Positions 1 to 8,052 are shown, counted from the stretch's first letter. The stretch is DNA of 25,285 bases from Spirochaetales bacterium (GCA_027314665.1 DAHVAK010000194.1:1-25285), one strand, 5' to 3'. Notes: generated from the sequence alone by a model not told the origin. Made by a program: numbers and translations.

Positions 1-249
1 CGCCCCGCAGCCGCCCCCGCCGCATCCGCAGGCTCCGCCGCACGAACACGCCGACGCCTCGCTTTCGGAATGACTGCTCGCGATCGGAAAGCGGGCGTTA
101 CTGCCGCCCACCGAGAAGGACGAAAGCAGCTTGACAAGATCCGTGCAGCCGCACTCGACGCAGGCAACCTCGGGCTCATTGGCGGTGACCCCGACCAGGA
201 TCTCGCTCACCGTGCCGCAGCTCTTGCACTTGTATTCGAAGACAGGCAT
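1..249 (-). CDS. FmdB-family zinc-ribbon protein with Cys/Gly-rich C-terminal tail (partial, C-terminus runs off window)
   Basis: Minus-strand translation from the ATG at 249-247 gives MPVFEYKCKSCGTVSEILVGV...VACVECGCTDLVKLLSSF..., the MPxxEYxCxxCG ... CxxCG zinc-ribbon signature of the FmdB family, followed by SCGGACGCGGGGCG. A GGAG ribosome-binding site lies about 7 nt upstream on the minus strand (256-265). The ORF track omits it because it has no in-window stop. Confidence 0.65.
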   Translation of the reverse strand, partial: MPVFEYKCKSCGTVSEILVGVTANEPEVACVECGCTDLVKLLSSFSVGGSNARFPIASSHSESEASACSCGGACGCGGGGCGA

Positions 250-374
250 TGCTAACTCCTCAGGTAGAAACTACCGATTTCGCTATCAGCTCAATTCATA
301 GCGAAAAGCGCGGGCGCTGTAAAGGGTGGTCGCCCGCGGCTGCTCGCCAGAGGTTCTCCGATCCGCGATTTCTC

Positions 375-812
375 CTATGCCGATTCCAGCCACTTCAGGG
401 CTTCGTCGGGGTCCGTGAATACCTGTACGGTGATTCCCGCCTCGGCGTACTGCGCTATGAATTGTCGCATGTTCATCTTGCCGACGATATTCTGGGGGAG
501 GACGATCGCCCAGAACTTCCAGCCGGCCGCGGCGACACGGGGAAACCACTCCTTCTGCGCCCAACCAGCATCCTCGGTGCGCAGGGCGCTGTTGCCGCGG
601 TCGTCGGAGAGCCACTTCGTGGCGTTGTTGGCTTTCAGAACCTCGTAGCCGCGGTCGAGCACGTTCTTGAAGCTGTCGCCGAACATGAACTTCTTGAACT
701 GATGATGAACTATCTTCGCCTCCGGATGAAACCAAAGCGAAGCATTCTCGTTGCTGAATATCGTGATTGCAGACACCTCTGTGCCCCCTTCGAGAAGATG
801 TAGATGCGCCAC
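375..812 (-). CDS. Hypothetical protein, STAS/SpoIIAA-like (DUF3478-like) fold suspected
   Basis: 145-aa ORF with protein-like composition (W, K, F, N spread evenly). Its local GC (~55%) is lower than the surroundings. The overlapping + strand ORF 249-803 has an Arg/Gly/Leu-rich artefact-like composition. The pattern ...KWLSDDRGNSAL...WFPRVAAAGWKFWAIVLP...FIAQYAEAGITVQVFTDPDEALKWL resembles SpoIIAA-like STAS proteins. Confidence 0.45.
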   Translation of the reverse strand: MAHLHLLEGGTEVSAITIFSNENASLWFHPEAKIVHHQFKKFMFGDSFKNVLDRGYEVLKANNATKWLSDDRGNSALRTEDAGWAQKEWFPRVAAAGWKFWAIVLPQNIVGKMNMRQFIAQYAEAGITVQVFTDPDEALKWLESA

Positions 813-1073
813 CGCTGCCCGGTGCGCGGGGGGAATCGGGAAATGCCCCCGCGCCGCTCAGCCAGTTGGGCAATACGCGCAACTACCCGGCACTCTTTGA
901 AAACTGTGGATGAGTCAGACGACGAGCGAGCAACAACTTCGCAGCCCCGGACCGTACGGCGCCCAGTATCCACGTCCAGCCAGGCACCGCGAAGTGTACA
1001 CCACCGGCGCGCGGGCCGCAACCTGCTCTTTTTTTAAGGCCACTCGCCTGAGCTTGCCGTCTCGGCAGGCCGC

Positions 1074-2123
1074 GTGTTACCCTCGAAGCGGACAGTCTGG
1101 ATGGCAGAGCGCAAGCTCACAGACGAGCCGGATGAGCCCCCCAAGCCCCTCTCCGCAGGTCGAGGCGCTCGGGCCGCTCCCGGCGGGCGGCTTCTCTTTC
1201 GCGACTACCTCTTCGTCGACTGGGTGGTCCAAGGCTACATCGCCGCGGCGGGGCTCCTGGTGCTTGTTCTGCACGGGAGCTCCGTCCCGCGCTGGGAGCT
1301 CATCGTCGCCTCCCACGCGGCGGCCCTGGTCGCGGTCCACCTCCTCATTCGCTCGGCGGGGCTGCGTCCGCAGTCGCGCGCCCTTGACCTCCTTCGCAGC
1401 TTCTATCCGGTGTTGCTCTACATCGGCTTCTACAGCGAGATCGGGGCGATCGATCACATGCTTTTTCCCGGCTTTCTCGATCCGCTCTTCATCGGGCTCG
1501 ACGAGCGCATCTTCGGCTTTCAGCCCAGCCTTCTCTTCATGACCGCGCTTCCCTATCGCGCCGTGAGCGAGCTCCTGTATTCCGCGTACTTCTCCTACTA
1601 CCCGACGATCGCCGGAATCGGCGTGGCGCTTGTTCTCCGCGATCGGCATCAGTTCCTCCACTACCTCTCCACAGTCACCTTCACCTTCTGCGGGTGCTTT
1701 CTGTTCTTCGATCTGTTTCCGGTGATGGGCCCGCGCATCTTCTTCACGCAGGCGGCAGGCTACCGCCTGCCGAACGATCTCCTGCCTGCGGCACTTCCCG
1801 CGGTGCCCGCGGCGGTGAGCGGCGGCCCCTTCTTCGCGCTCATGGGATGGATCTACCGAAGCTTCGAGACCTCCGGGGCAGCCTTTCCGAGCGCTCACGT
1901 CGCGATCGCCCTTGCGACTCTCTGGTTTTCCTTCCTCTACCTCCGCCCGATCCGATGGCTCCACCTGTTGGTGGTGGTTCTCCTGTGCGTCTCGACGGTC
2001 TACTGCCGCTACCACTACGCCGTGGACGTGGCCGGAGGCGTTCTCGCTGCAGCGCTCCTCGTGCCGCTCGGGAGCCGGCTCTTTGCGCGCGGTTCGGCGC
2101 CCCGGAAGACTGAGCGGCGGTAG
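1074..2123 (+). CDS. PAP2-superfamily (phosphatidic acid phosphatase type 2-like) integral membrane protein
   Basis: Multiple predicted transmembrane segments. PAP2 signature motifs are present: ...PSAHVAIA... (PSGH-like) and ...YCRYHYAVDVAGG (SRxxxxxHxxxDV-like). The start is uncertain: GTG at 1074 or ATG at 1101, and neither has a strong SD. Confidence 0.6.
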   Translation: MLPSKRTVWMAERKLTDEPDEPPKPLSAGRGARAAPGGRLLFRDYLFVDWVVQGYIAAAGLLVLVLHGSSVPRWELIVASHAAALVAVHLLIRSAGLRPQSRALDLLRSFYPVLLYIGFYSEIGAIDHMLFPGFLDPLFIGLDERIFGFQPSLLFMTALPYRAVSELLYSAYFSYYPTIAGIGVALVLRDRHQFLHYLSTVTFTFCGCFLFFDLFPVMGPRIFFTQAAGYRLPNDLLPAALPAVPAAVSGGPFFALMGWIYRSFETSGAAFPSAHVAIALATLWFSFLYLRPIRWLHLLVVVLLCVSTVYCRYHYAVDVAGGVLAAALLVPLGSRLFARGSAPRKTERR

Positions 2124-2177
2124 CTCATGGACAGTCGGAGAGCCTGCGGACTACACTGTCGCGTTGGAGAGTTATCG

Positions 2178-2552
2178 ATGAAAAGAATCCCACGCCTTGC
2201 CCTTGCTGTCCTCCTGGCGCTCTCCCTCGGGGTGGGCGCCTACGGGCTCGACGGTGCGAGCGCACCCCTGGCCGACGGGATCTTCGCCGGGATGGGCGAG
2301 TACACTGAATATGGCTGGGTGCAGGTCGCCCTCGTGGTGTTGAACGGGAAGGTCTCGACCGTGAAGGTGCTTCAATATCCGAACGACATGGGTACCTCGC
2401 GAATGATCAACGGCAAGGCACTTCCTCGGCTTATTCGCGAAACCGTGCGGGCGCAGAGCGTGCGGATTCACTTCGTCTCCGGCGCGACCGTGACAAGCGA
2501 AGCCTTCGTTCGGTCCCTCACGGCCTCCTTCGCCGAAGCGCAGGGCCGATGA
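2178..2552 (+). CDS. Secreted/anchored FMN-binding domain protein (FMN_bind, NqrC/RnfG-like) with SGAT flavinylation motif
   Basis: MKRIPRLALAVLLALSLGVGAYG is a signal-peptide-like N-terminus. GGAGAG at 2166-2171 sits 6 nt before the ATG at 2178. ...HFVSGATVTSEAF carries the [S/T]GAT motif used by ApbE to attach FMN to a Thr. The stop overlaps the ApbE start (ATGA, 2549-2552). The alternative upstream ATG at 2127 is less likely. Confidence 0.6.
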   Translation: MKRIPRLALAVLLALSLGVGAYGLDGASAPLADGIFAGMGEYTEYGWVQVALVVLNGKVSTVKVLQYPNDMGTSRMINGKALPRLIRETVRAQSVRIHFVSGATVTSEAFVRSLTASFAEAQGR

Positions 2553-3382
2553 GGCAGGCGCGGCTCGGCGGCGCGATGGTCGCGGAGGAGGCGCTTGGGT
2601 TCGTGCGCACGGAGCTCGTCATGGGGTTTCCGGTCACGATCGCGGTCGCAAACCCGGACGGAGAGCCGAGCTCCCTTGCCTCTCGCACCGCATCCCGGCG
2701 CGAGATCGCGGCAGCGGTCGCGGCGGTCTACGATCACCTACGCGAGGTCGACGTGCGATTCAGCCCGTACCGAGCCACGAGCGAGGTGAGCAGGATCAAT
2801 GGCGGCGAGCTCCGCGAAGAGGGCTTCAGCCCCGAGATGAAACGGGTCCTGCGCCTGTGCGAAGAGACTAAGCGGGCCACCCGGGGCTACTTCGATCCGT
2901 GGCGGGGAGAAAGGCTCGATCCGAGCGGGCTCGTCAAGGGACTCGCCGTCTACGACGCCTCAGGCATCCTGCGCGATCGGGGTTTCGAAGACTTCTGCAT
3001 CGAAGCGGGCGGGGACATCGAAGCTCGCGGGCGATGCTCCGGGGGGGAGAAGTGGCGCATCGGAATCCGGAGTCCCTTCGATCCCCGAACCGTCGTAAAG
3101 GCGGTAGCGCTCGAGAATCGAGGAATCGCAACCTCGGGGCTCTACGCGCGCGGCGAGCACATCTACAACCCCCTCACGGGGAGGAACGCGACGGAGACCG
3201 CGAGCTTCACGGTGATCGGACCAAATCTCTTTGAGGCCGACCGCTTCGCGACCGCGGCGTTCGCCATGGGAAGGCGCGGCCTGGAGCTCATCCGGAACTC
3301 AAGCGATCTCGACGGCTACATGATCGAGCACGACGGAACCGCCACCTACACTGAAGGCTTCTTGAGGTACGTCACGGAGTGA
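2549..3382 (+). CDS. apbE: ApbE-family FAD:protein FMN transferase (flavin transferase)
   Basis: The N-terminal ...ELVMGFPVTIAV matches the MGTxVxI start of ApbE domains. Other family-typical stretches are ...RFSPYRATSEVSRIN..., ...GYFDP..., ...LVKGLAVYDAS..., ...IEAGGDI..., ...ALENRGIATSG...YNPLTG..., ...EADRFATAAFAMG. There is no recognisable signal peptide: the first 19 residues are hydrophilic. The start is coupled to the upstream gene (ATGA) and the stop to the downstream gene (GTGA). Confidence 0.75.
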   Translation: MRQARLGGAMVAEEALGFVRTELVMGFPVTIAVANPDGEPSSLASRTASRREIAAAVAAVYDHLREVDVRFSPYRATSEVSRINGGELREEGFSPEMKRVLRLCEETKRATRGYFDPWRGERLDPSGLVKGLAVYDASGILRDRGFEDFCIEAGGDIEARGRCSGGEKWRIGIRSPFDPRTVVKAVALENRGIATSGLYARGEHIYNPLTGRNATETASFTVIGPNLFEADRFATAAFAMGRRGLELIRNSSDLDGYMIEHDGTATYTEGFLRYVTE

Positions 3383-4917
3383 TCCGCCGCATCGATCGGC
3401 TGCTCGATCGCACCACCATGTATCGCCTTCTCCTCTTCTACCTGGTCTCGCTCCTGGGGCTCGGGCTCATCCTCGCTGCGGCCGGGGCGATCCGGATCTC
3501 CCCTGTCGCCCTCCTTTCCACTGTGCTTCTCTATCTCGCCGTCACCCTGGCTGCAAACTGGGGCTTCGCGCGACTCTTTCGCGTCGATGCGCATGCAGAG
3601 TCCACGATCATCACCGCCTTGATCTTGAGCCTTATCTCGGGTCCGGTTTTGGTATTCAGCGATCCGAGGCACGCGGGGTATCTTGCACTCGCGGGCCTCT
3701 TTGCGGTGGCATCGAAATACCTCATCGCGATCCGGCGCCACCACCTCTTCAATCCCGCGGCCTTCGGGATCCTTCTCACCGGGCTACTCTTCGGCGAGTA
3801 CTCGACCTGGTGGGTGGGCAACATCGCCCTGCTTCCGCTCGTCGTTGCCGGCGGGCTCCTCCTCCTTCGCAAGATCAATCGCTTTCGCATGGTAGGCCTC
3901 TTCGTCGCCTCGGCGGTTCTCTTTCTCTTCGCGCAGGGGATCCTTGAAGGTATTGGGGCGGCGACGGCCCTTTCGACGATCAGCTTCACTCTCCTGCGCT
4001 CTGAGCTGCCCTTTGCCGCCCTCGTCATGCTTACCGAGCCGCTCACCTCGCCGAAGGCCTTCTCGAGGCAGGTCCCCTATGCCGTGCTCACCGCCTTCTG
4101 TTTCCTGCCACGGCTCAACCTCTTCGGCTATGCGATCAGCCCCGAGGAGGCGCTCCTCATTGGGAATCTGTTTTCCCTCCTCGTGAGCCCGAGCTATCGG
4201 ATGGCGCTCCATCTGCGGGAGCGCCAAGAGATCGCCCCGAGCATTTTCGCCTTCACCTTCGAGCGACCGAGGGGCTTCCGGCATCGGGCAGGCCAGTACC
4301 TCGAATGGAGGCTGGCTCTGCCCAGAAGCGACGCCAGGGGGAATCGCCGTTTCTTCACCATCGCCTCCTCCCCGACCGAAAAGGAGCTCATGATCGTCCT
4401 GCGCATTCCCGCGGCGGCGAGCGCCTACAAGCGCGCCCTTCATGCCATGCGGCCCGGCGATCGCCTCCTCGCGGGCGAGCTTGCGGGAGATTTCGTCCTG
4501 CCGCGCGACCCGGCGATCCCCCTCGTGTTCATCGCCGGTGGGATCGGGATCACCCCCTTTCGAAGCATTTTCAAAGAGCTCCTCGATACCGGCGAGCGCC
4601 GCTCGATCGTCCTTTTTTTCCTGCACCTCAGGGGGGAGAGCCTCTTCGAGGAGCTCCTCGCGGAGGCAGAACAGAAGCTCGGGCTCTCGGTCGTCCACAT
4701 CCTCACCGACGCGCAGGGGACGTCGAAGGGGAGCTACGGGCGAATCGGGCAGCTGAACCGCCAGGCAATCGAGGAGAAGGTGAGCGACTACAGGAAGCGG
4801 CGCTTCTACCTCGCGGGCTCCCTCGAGATGGTGGAGGCGACGCGGAGCCTCCTCCGCGGTATGGGCGTGGCGGCGAGGCGCATCACGGCCGACGCCTTCC
4901 CCGGCTACCCTCGGTAG
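3379..4917 (+). CDS. Fusion protein: RnfD/NqrB-like polytopic membrane domain + ferredoxin-NADP reductase-like FAD/NAD(P)-binding domain
   Basis: The N-terminal ~260 aa are strongly hydrophobic with ...HHLFNPAAFGILL... (NPA motif as in RnfD/NqrB) and ...MLTEPLTSP... (like the RnfD TDPVTSP motif). The C-terminal ~200 aa have FNR-family motifs: RFFTIASSP (RxYSxxS FAD site), GGIGITPFRS (GGxGxxP NAD(P) site) and YLAGSLEMV (YxCGP-like). There is no 2Fe-2S ferredoxin segment. A GTG start at 3379 overlaps the ApbE stop. Confidence 0.65.
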   Translation: MIRRIDRLLDRTTMYRLLLFYLVSLLGLGLILAAAGAIRISPVALLSTVLLYLAVTLAANWGFARLFRVDAHAESTIITALILSLISGPVLVFSDPRHAGYLALAGLFAVASKYLIAIRRHHLFNPAAFGILLTGLLFGEYSTWWVGNIALLPLVVAGGLLLLRKINRFRMVGLFVASAVLFLFAQGILEGIGAATALSTISFTLLRSELPFAALVMLTEPLTSPKAFSRQVPYAVLTAFCFLPRLNLFGYAISPEEALLIGNLFSLLVSPSYRMALHLRERQEIAPSIFAFTFERPRGFRHRAGQYLEWRLALPRSDARGNRRFFTIASSPTEKELMIVLRIPAAASAYKRALHAMRPGDRLLAGELAGDFVLPRDPAIPLVFIAGGIGITPFRSIFKELLDTGERRSIVLFFLHLRGESLFEELLAEAEQKLGLSVVHILTDAQGTSKGSYGRIGQLNRQAIEEKVSDYRKRRFYLAGSLEMVEATRSLLRGMGVAARRITADAFPGYPR

Positions 4918-4947
4918 GGCCGGCGGCGTTCCGCCGCAGGCTGCGCA
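4918..4947. terminator. Short GC hairpin between convergent genes (candidate bidirectional terminator)
   Basis: GGCGGCG-TTC-CGCCGC gives a 6-bp stem and 3-nt loop at 4923-4937, in the 30-nt gap between the stop of the + gene (4917) and the stop of the - gene (4948). There is no U-run. Confidence 0.25.
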
Positions 4948-7701
4948 TCACCCGGGAGTCTCGCCCGCCCGATGAGCTCTCAGGCGCACCATCCACTTCA
5001 CAAGCTCGAGGACGGGCGAGACCGAGAAGGCGAGGGCGAGGATGATGAGGAGATCCGCAGGCGAGAGGGAAAAGGTCCCGAAGGGGGCGTGCAGGAAGGG
5101 TAGATAGACGATGAGGGCGAGCAGGAGCAGCTCCCAGAGGATGGCGAGGTTCAGCCACCGGTTCGCGAAGGGGTGGTCCATCACCGAGTGGTGGTCGGAG
5201 CGGAAGTTGAAGGCCTTGAAGAACTGGATGAGCACGAGGGAGACGAAGCTCATCGTCATTGCCTCGTGCACGGAACGTCCCGAGGCAAGGGCCCAGGCAA
5301 ACAGCCCAAGGTTCACCAGGGTAGACCAGATCCCGCCCGCGAGGATGAGGGTTACCACGGACGGCGTGAAGATCCCGCGCTTCGGGTCGCGCGGCTCCCG
5401 CCGCATGAGGTCCGCTTCGGGGGGGTCGACAGCGAGGGCAAGGGCGGGGAGGCCGTCGGTAGCCAGATTGACGTAGAGGATCTGGACCGCGCTCAGGGGC
5501 AAAGGCAGCCCCGCGAGAGTCGCCCCGGCCATCAGCCCGATCTCGCCGATGTTCGAGGAAAGAAGGTACATCAGGTACTTCTTGATGTTCCCGAAGACCC
5601 CGCGTCCCTCCTCCACTGCCGCGACGATCGAGGCGAAGTTGTCGTCGGTGAGGGTCATCGCCGCCGCTTCCTTCGAGACCTCGGTGCCCGTGATACCCAT
5701 CGCGACCCCGATGTCGGCCTTCTTCAGGGCAGGGGCATCGTTCACCCCGTCTCCGGTCATCGCGACGATCTTCCCGCGCTTCTGGAGGGCGGTGACGACC
5801 CGCAGCTTGTGGGCGGGGGAGACCCTGGCGTAGACTTCGATCCCCTCGACGGAGCGCTCGAGCTCCTCGTCGCTCATCGCCTCGAGCTGCGGTCCGGTCA
5901 CGACGCGCCCCCCGGCGAAGAGTCCGAGCTCCCGCGCGACGGCCTCGGCGGTGAGCGGATGGTCGCCGGTGATCATGACGGGCCTGATTCCCGCCTCGCG
6001 GCAGCGATCGATCGCCGGTCGGGCCTCCGGGCGAGGGGGGTCGATCATCCCCGCAAGGCCGAGGAAGGTCATGCCCTGTCCGGCCTCGGGGAGCCTCGCA
6101 GCGCTGCGGCTCGCGACCGCCAGCACCCGGAGGGCCTGCCCCGCCATCGCTCGCGCCTCCTCGAGAAAACACTCGCGCTCCATCCCGTCGAGCCTCCGCT
6201 CCTCCCCTCCGGCGAGGTAGCGATCGCAGGAGGCGAGGATCACCTCCGGAGCTCCCTTCGAGCAGGCGAGGCTCCCGCCGTCGCGCTGCCCGACGAGCAC
6301 GGTCATGCGCTTGGCTTCAGAGGTGAAGGGAACCTCGCCCAGGCGCGGAGCGGCGGCATCGAGCCTGTCCTTCGCCATGCCCGCCTTTGCAGCGGCCACC
6401 ACGAGGGCTCCCTCCGTCGGATCTCCGGTCACGACCCACGCTCCGCTCCCCTCTTCGCGCTCGATCCTCGCGTCTGAGGCGAGAACCGCAGCGCGCAGGA
6501 GCCGCCGAATGGGATGGTCGTCGCCCGCCTGAGCGATCCCCTCGTCCCGCCCCTCGCGCAGGAACTGTCCCGCAGGCTCGTAGCCTGCCCCGGTCACCTC
6601 GACCGAGATCCCCGGCGCAACGAGGCGACGGACGGTCATCTCGTCCCGCGTGAGAGTACCGGTCTTGTCCGTGCAGATGTAGGAGGTGCTCCCGAGGGTC
6701 TCGACCGCGGGAAGCCTTCGCACAAGGGCGTGGCGCCGCACCATCCGTTGGACCCCCAGGGCGAGGGAGATGGTCACGACCGCAGGAAGGGCCTCGGGGA
6801 CGACCGCCACGGCGAGCGCGATGCCGAAGACCAGCATCTCGATCACCGGCTGCCCGCGGACGAGCCCGAGGACGACGATGACCGCGACCACGCCGAGCGC
6901 GATCCGCGCGAGCTGCCCCCCGAGGCGGTCGAGATTGCGCTGGAGGGGAGTCTTCGCGACCTCGATCGTTTGGAGCATCCGGGCAATCCCGCCGAGCTCG
7001 GTCGACATCCCGGTAGCAACGACGAGGGCGCGTCCACGCCCGAAGAGGGCGGCGGTCCCGGCGAAAAGCATGTTCGTGCGGTCGCCGAGGGGGATCTCTT
7101 GATCGGGAAGGGAAGCGCTTCCCTTGTCGACCGGGAGCGACTCCCCGGTGAGGGCCGCCTCGTCGATCGCGAGGTTCGCGCTCTCGAGGAGGCGCGCGTC
7201 GGCGGGAATTCGGTCGCCCGCCCGCACGAGGAGGAGATCGCCGGGGACCACCTCGCGCGCCGGCAGTCGCTGCTCGCGCCCCCCGCGAACGACGGTCGCA
7301 AGAGGGGCTGCCATCTGACGAAGCGCCGTAAGGGCGCGCTCGGCGCGGAACTCCTGGAGAAAGCCGAGCAGGACGGCGAACAGGACGATGACGGCGATGG
7401 CAATCCCTTCGATCTCATGGCCGAGAAGGGCGGAGAGAGCGGTCGCCGCAAGCAGGATGAGGATGAGGAGGTTCTTGAACTGCGCGAGCAGGATAGGCCA
7501 GGGCGAGAGCGACCGGGAGGCTTGAAGCTCATTGGGTCCGTGGGAGGCGAGGCGCCGGGCAGCCTCCGCCGGATCGAGACCGCCCGCCCCCGACCCGAGG
7601 CGGGCGGCGATCTCTTCGCTCGAAAGAGCGTGCCACCGAGGGGAAGCGCTGCTCGGAGCAGCCTTCACGCCGATTGGGCTCAGGCTACGCTCTTGGGTCA
7701 T
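4948..7701 (-). CDS. Cation-translocating P-type ATPase, P2-type (Ca2+-ATPase-like)
   Basis: 917 aa with ICTDKTGTLT (phosphorylation site), PEGLPAVVT, CSKGAPE, MIDPPRPEA, MITGDHPLTA and AMTGDGVNDAPALKKADIGVAMG. There are about ten transmembrane segments, and the N-terminal ...LDPAEAARRLASHGPNEL... is typical of PMCA/SERCA-type pumps. Confidence 0.8.
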   Translation of the reverse strand: MTQERSLSPIGVKAAPSSASPRWHALSSEEIAARLGSGAGGLDPAEAARRLASHGPNELQASRSLSPWPILLAQFKNLLILILLAATALSALLGHEIEGIAIAVIVLFAVLLGFLQEFRAERALTALRQMAAPLATVVRGGREQRLPAREVVPGDLLLVRAGDRIPADARLLESANLAIDEAALTGESLPVDKGSASLPDQEIPLGDRTNMLFAGTAALFGRGRALVVATGMSTELGGIARMLQTIEVAKTPLQRNLDRLGGQLARIALGVVAVIVVLGLVRGQPVIEMLVFGIALAVAVVPEALPAVVTISLALGVQRMVRRHALVRRLPAVETLGSTSYICTDKTGTLTRDEMTVRRLVAPGISVEVTGAGYEPAGQFLREGRDEGIAQAGDDHPIRRLLRAAVLASDARIEREEGSGAWVVTGDPTEGALVVAAAKAGMAKDRLDAAAPRLGEVPFTSEAKRMTVLVGQRDGGSLACSKGAPEVILASCDRYLAGGEERRLDGMERECFLEEARAMAGQALRVLAVASRSAARLPEAGQGMTFLGLAGMIDPPRPEARPAIDRCREAGIRPVMITGDHPLTAEAVARELGLFAGGRVVTGPQLEAMSDEELERSVEGIEVYARVSPAHKLRVVTALQKRGKIVAMTGDGVNDAPALKKADIGVAMGITGTEVSKEAAAMTLTDDNFASIVAAVEEGRGVFGNIKKYLMYLLSSNIGEIGLMAGATLAGLPLPLSAVQILYVNLATDGLPALALAVDPPEADLMRREPRDPKRGIFTPSVVTLILAGGIWSTLVNLGLFAWALASGRSVHEAMTMSFVSLVLIQFFKAFNFRSDHHSVMDHPFANRWLNLAILWELLLLALIVYLPFLHAPFGTFSLSPADLLIILALAFSVSPVLELVKWMVRLRAHRAGETPG

Positions 7702-7860
7702 GTAGTATCAGTATGAGGGCTCGCCCGAGCGCTGTCAAACGCTGCGGGAAACCGAAAGGGAGCGCCGCGCGAGGGAGCGCTCGCCGCCTCAGGTGTGCCG
7801 CGCCTCACATCGGGAGAGTAGAGATTCCCGCCTTTTTCCGCAACCTCCGCCGCTTGGCCG

Positions 7861-7879
7861 CTGTCGATTTCTTCGACAG
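7861..7879. promoter_or_regulatory. Perfect 7-bp inverted repeat CTGTCGA-TTTCT-TCGACAG in the 350-bp divergent intergenic region
   Basis: Read directly from the sequence. It lies between the divergently transcribed P-type ATPase (start 7701, -) and the B12/radical-SAM gene (start 8053, +). It is either an operator-like site or an RNA hairpin. Confidence 0.3.
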
Positions 7880-8052
7880 TGCCAAGACTCACATCGTCAT
7901 CCACTCTGCCGTAACGGGACGCCGGTGCACCGTCGGTTGTCCGCGCCCGCCGCGCGGGCGTCGTGACCCTCGGCGCGCCCAATAGGGCGCGTGCGGCGGC
8001 GTTCTGAGCCTCGCCAAACCGCGCGGGCGGGCGCCGCAATGAAGGAGGCCGC

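Noticed and set aside
249-803. 184-aa + strand ORF overlapping the STAS-like gene
   Set aside because: It has an Arg/Gly/Leu-rich composition and no motifs. The minus-strand ORF has a balanced, protein-like composition and a plausible operon arrangement with the downstream FmdB gene.
1001-1035. T-run (CTCTTTTTTT) preceded by GC-rich sequence, resembling an intrinsic terminator on the + strand
   Set aside because: There is no convincing stem (CCGGCGCGCGGG is self-complementary but would leave no loop), and no + strand gene lies upstream to terminate. It is more likely part of the divergent promoter region, and an sRNA cannot be supported from sequence alone.
4883-6477. 429-aa (-) and 434-aa (+) ORFs overlapping the P-type ATPase gene in other frames
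   Set aside because: The P-type ATPase frame carries DKTGTLT, TGDGVNDAPAL and related motifs across the whole region. The others are alternative-frame artefacts rich in R/G/P.
7702-8052. Possible cobalamin riboswitch upstream of the B12-binding radical SAM gene
   Set aside because: I could not find the conserved B12-box (GCCACTG-like) or the characteristic multi-stem layout. Only generic GC hairpins are present.
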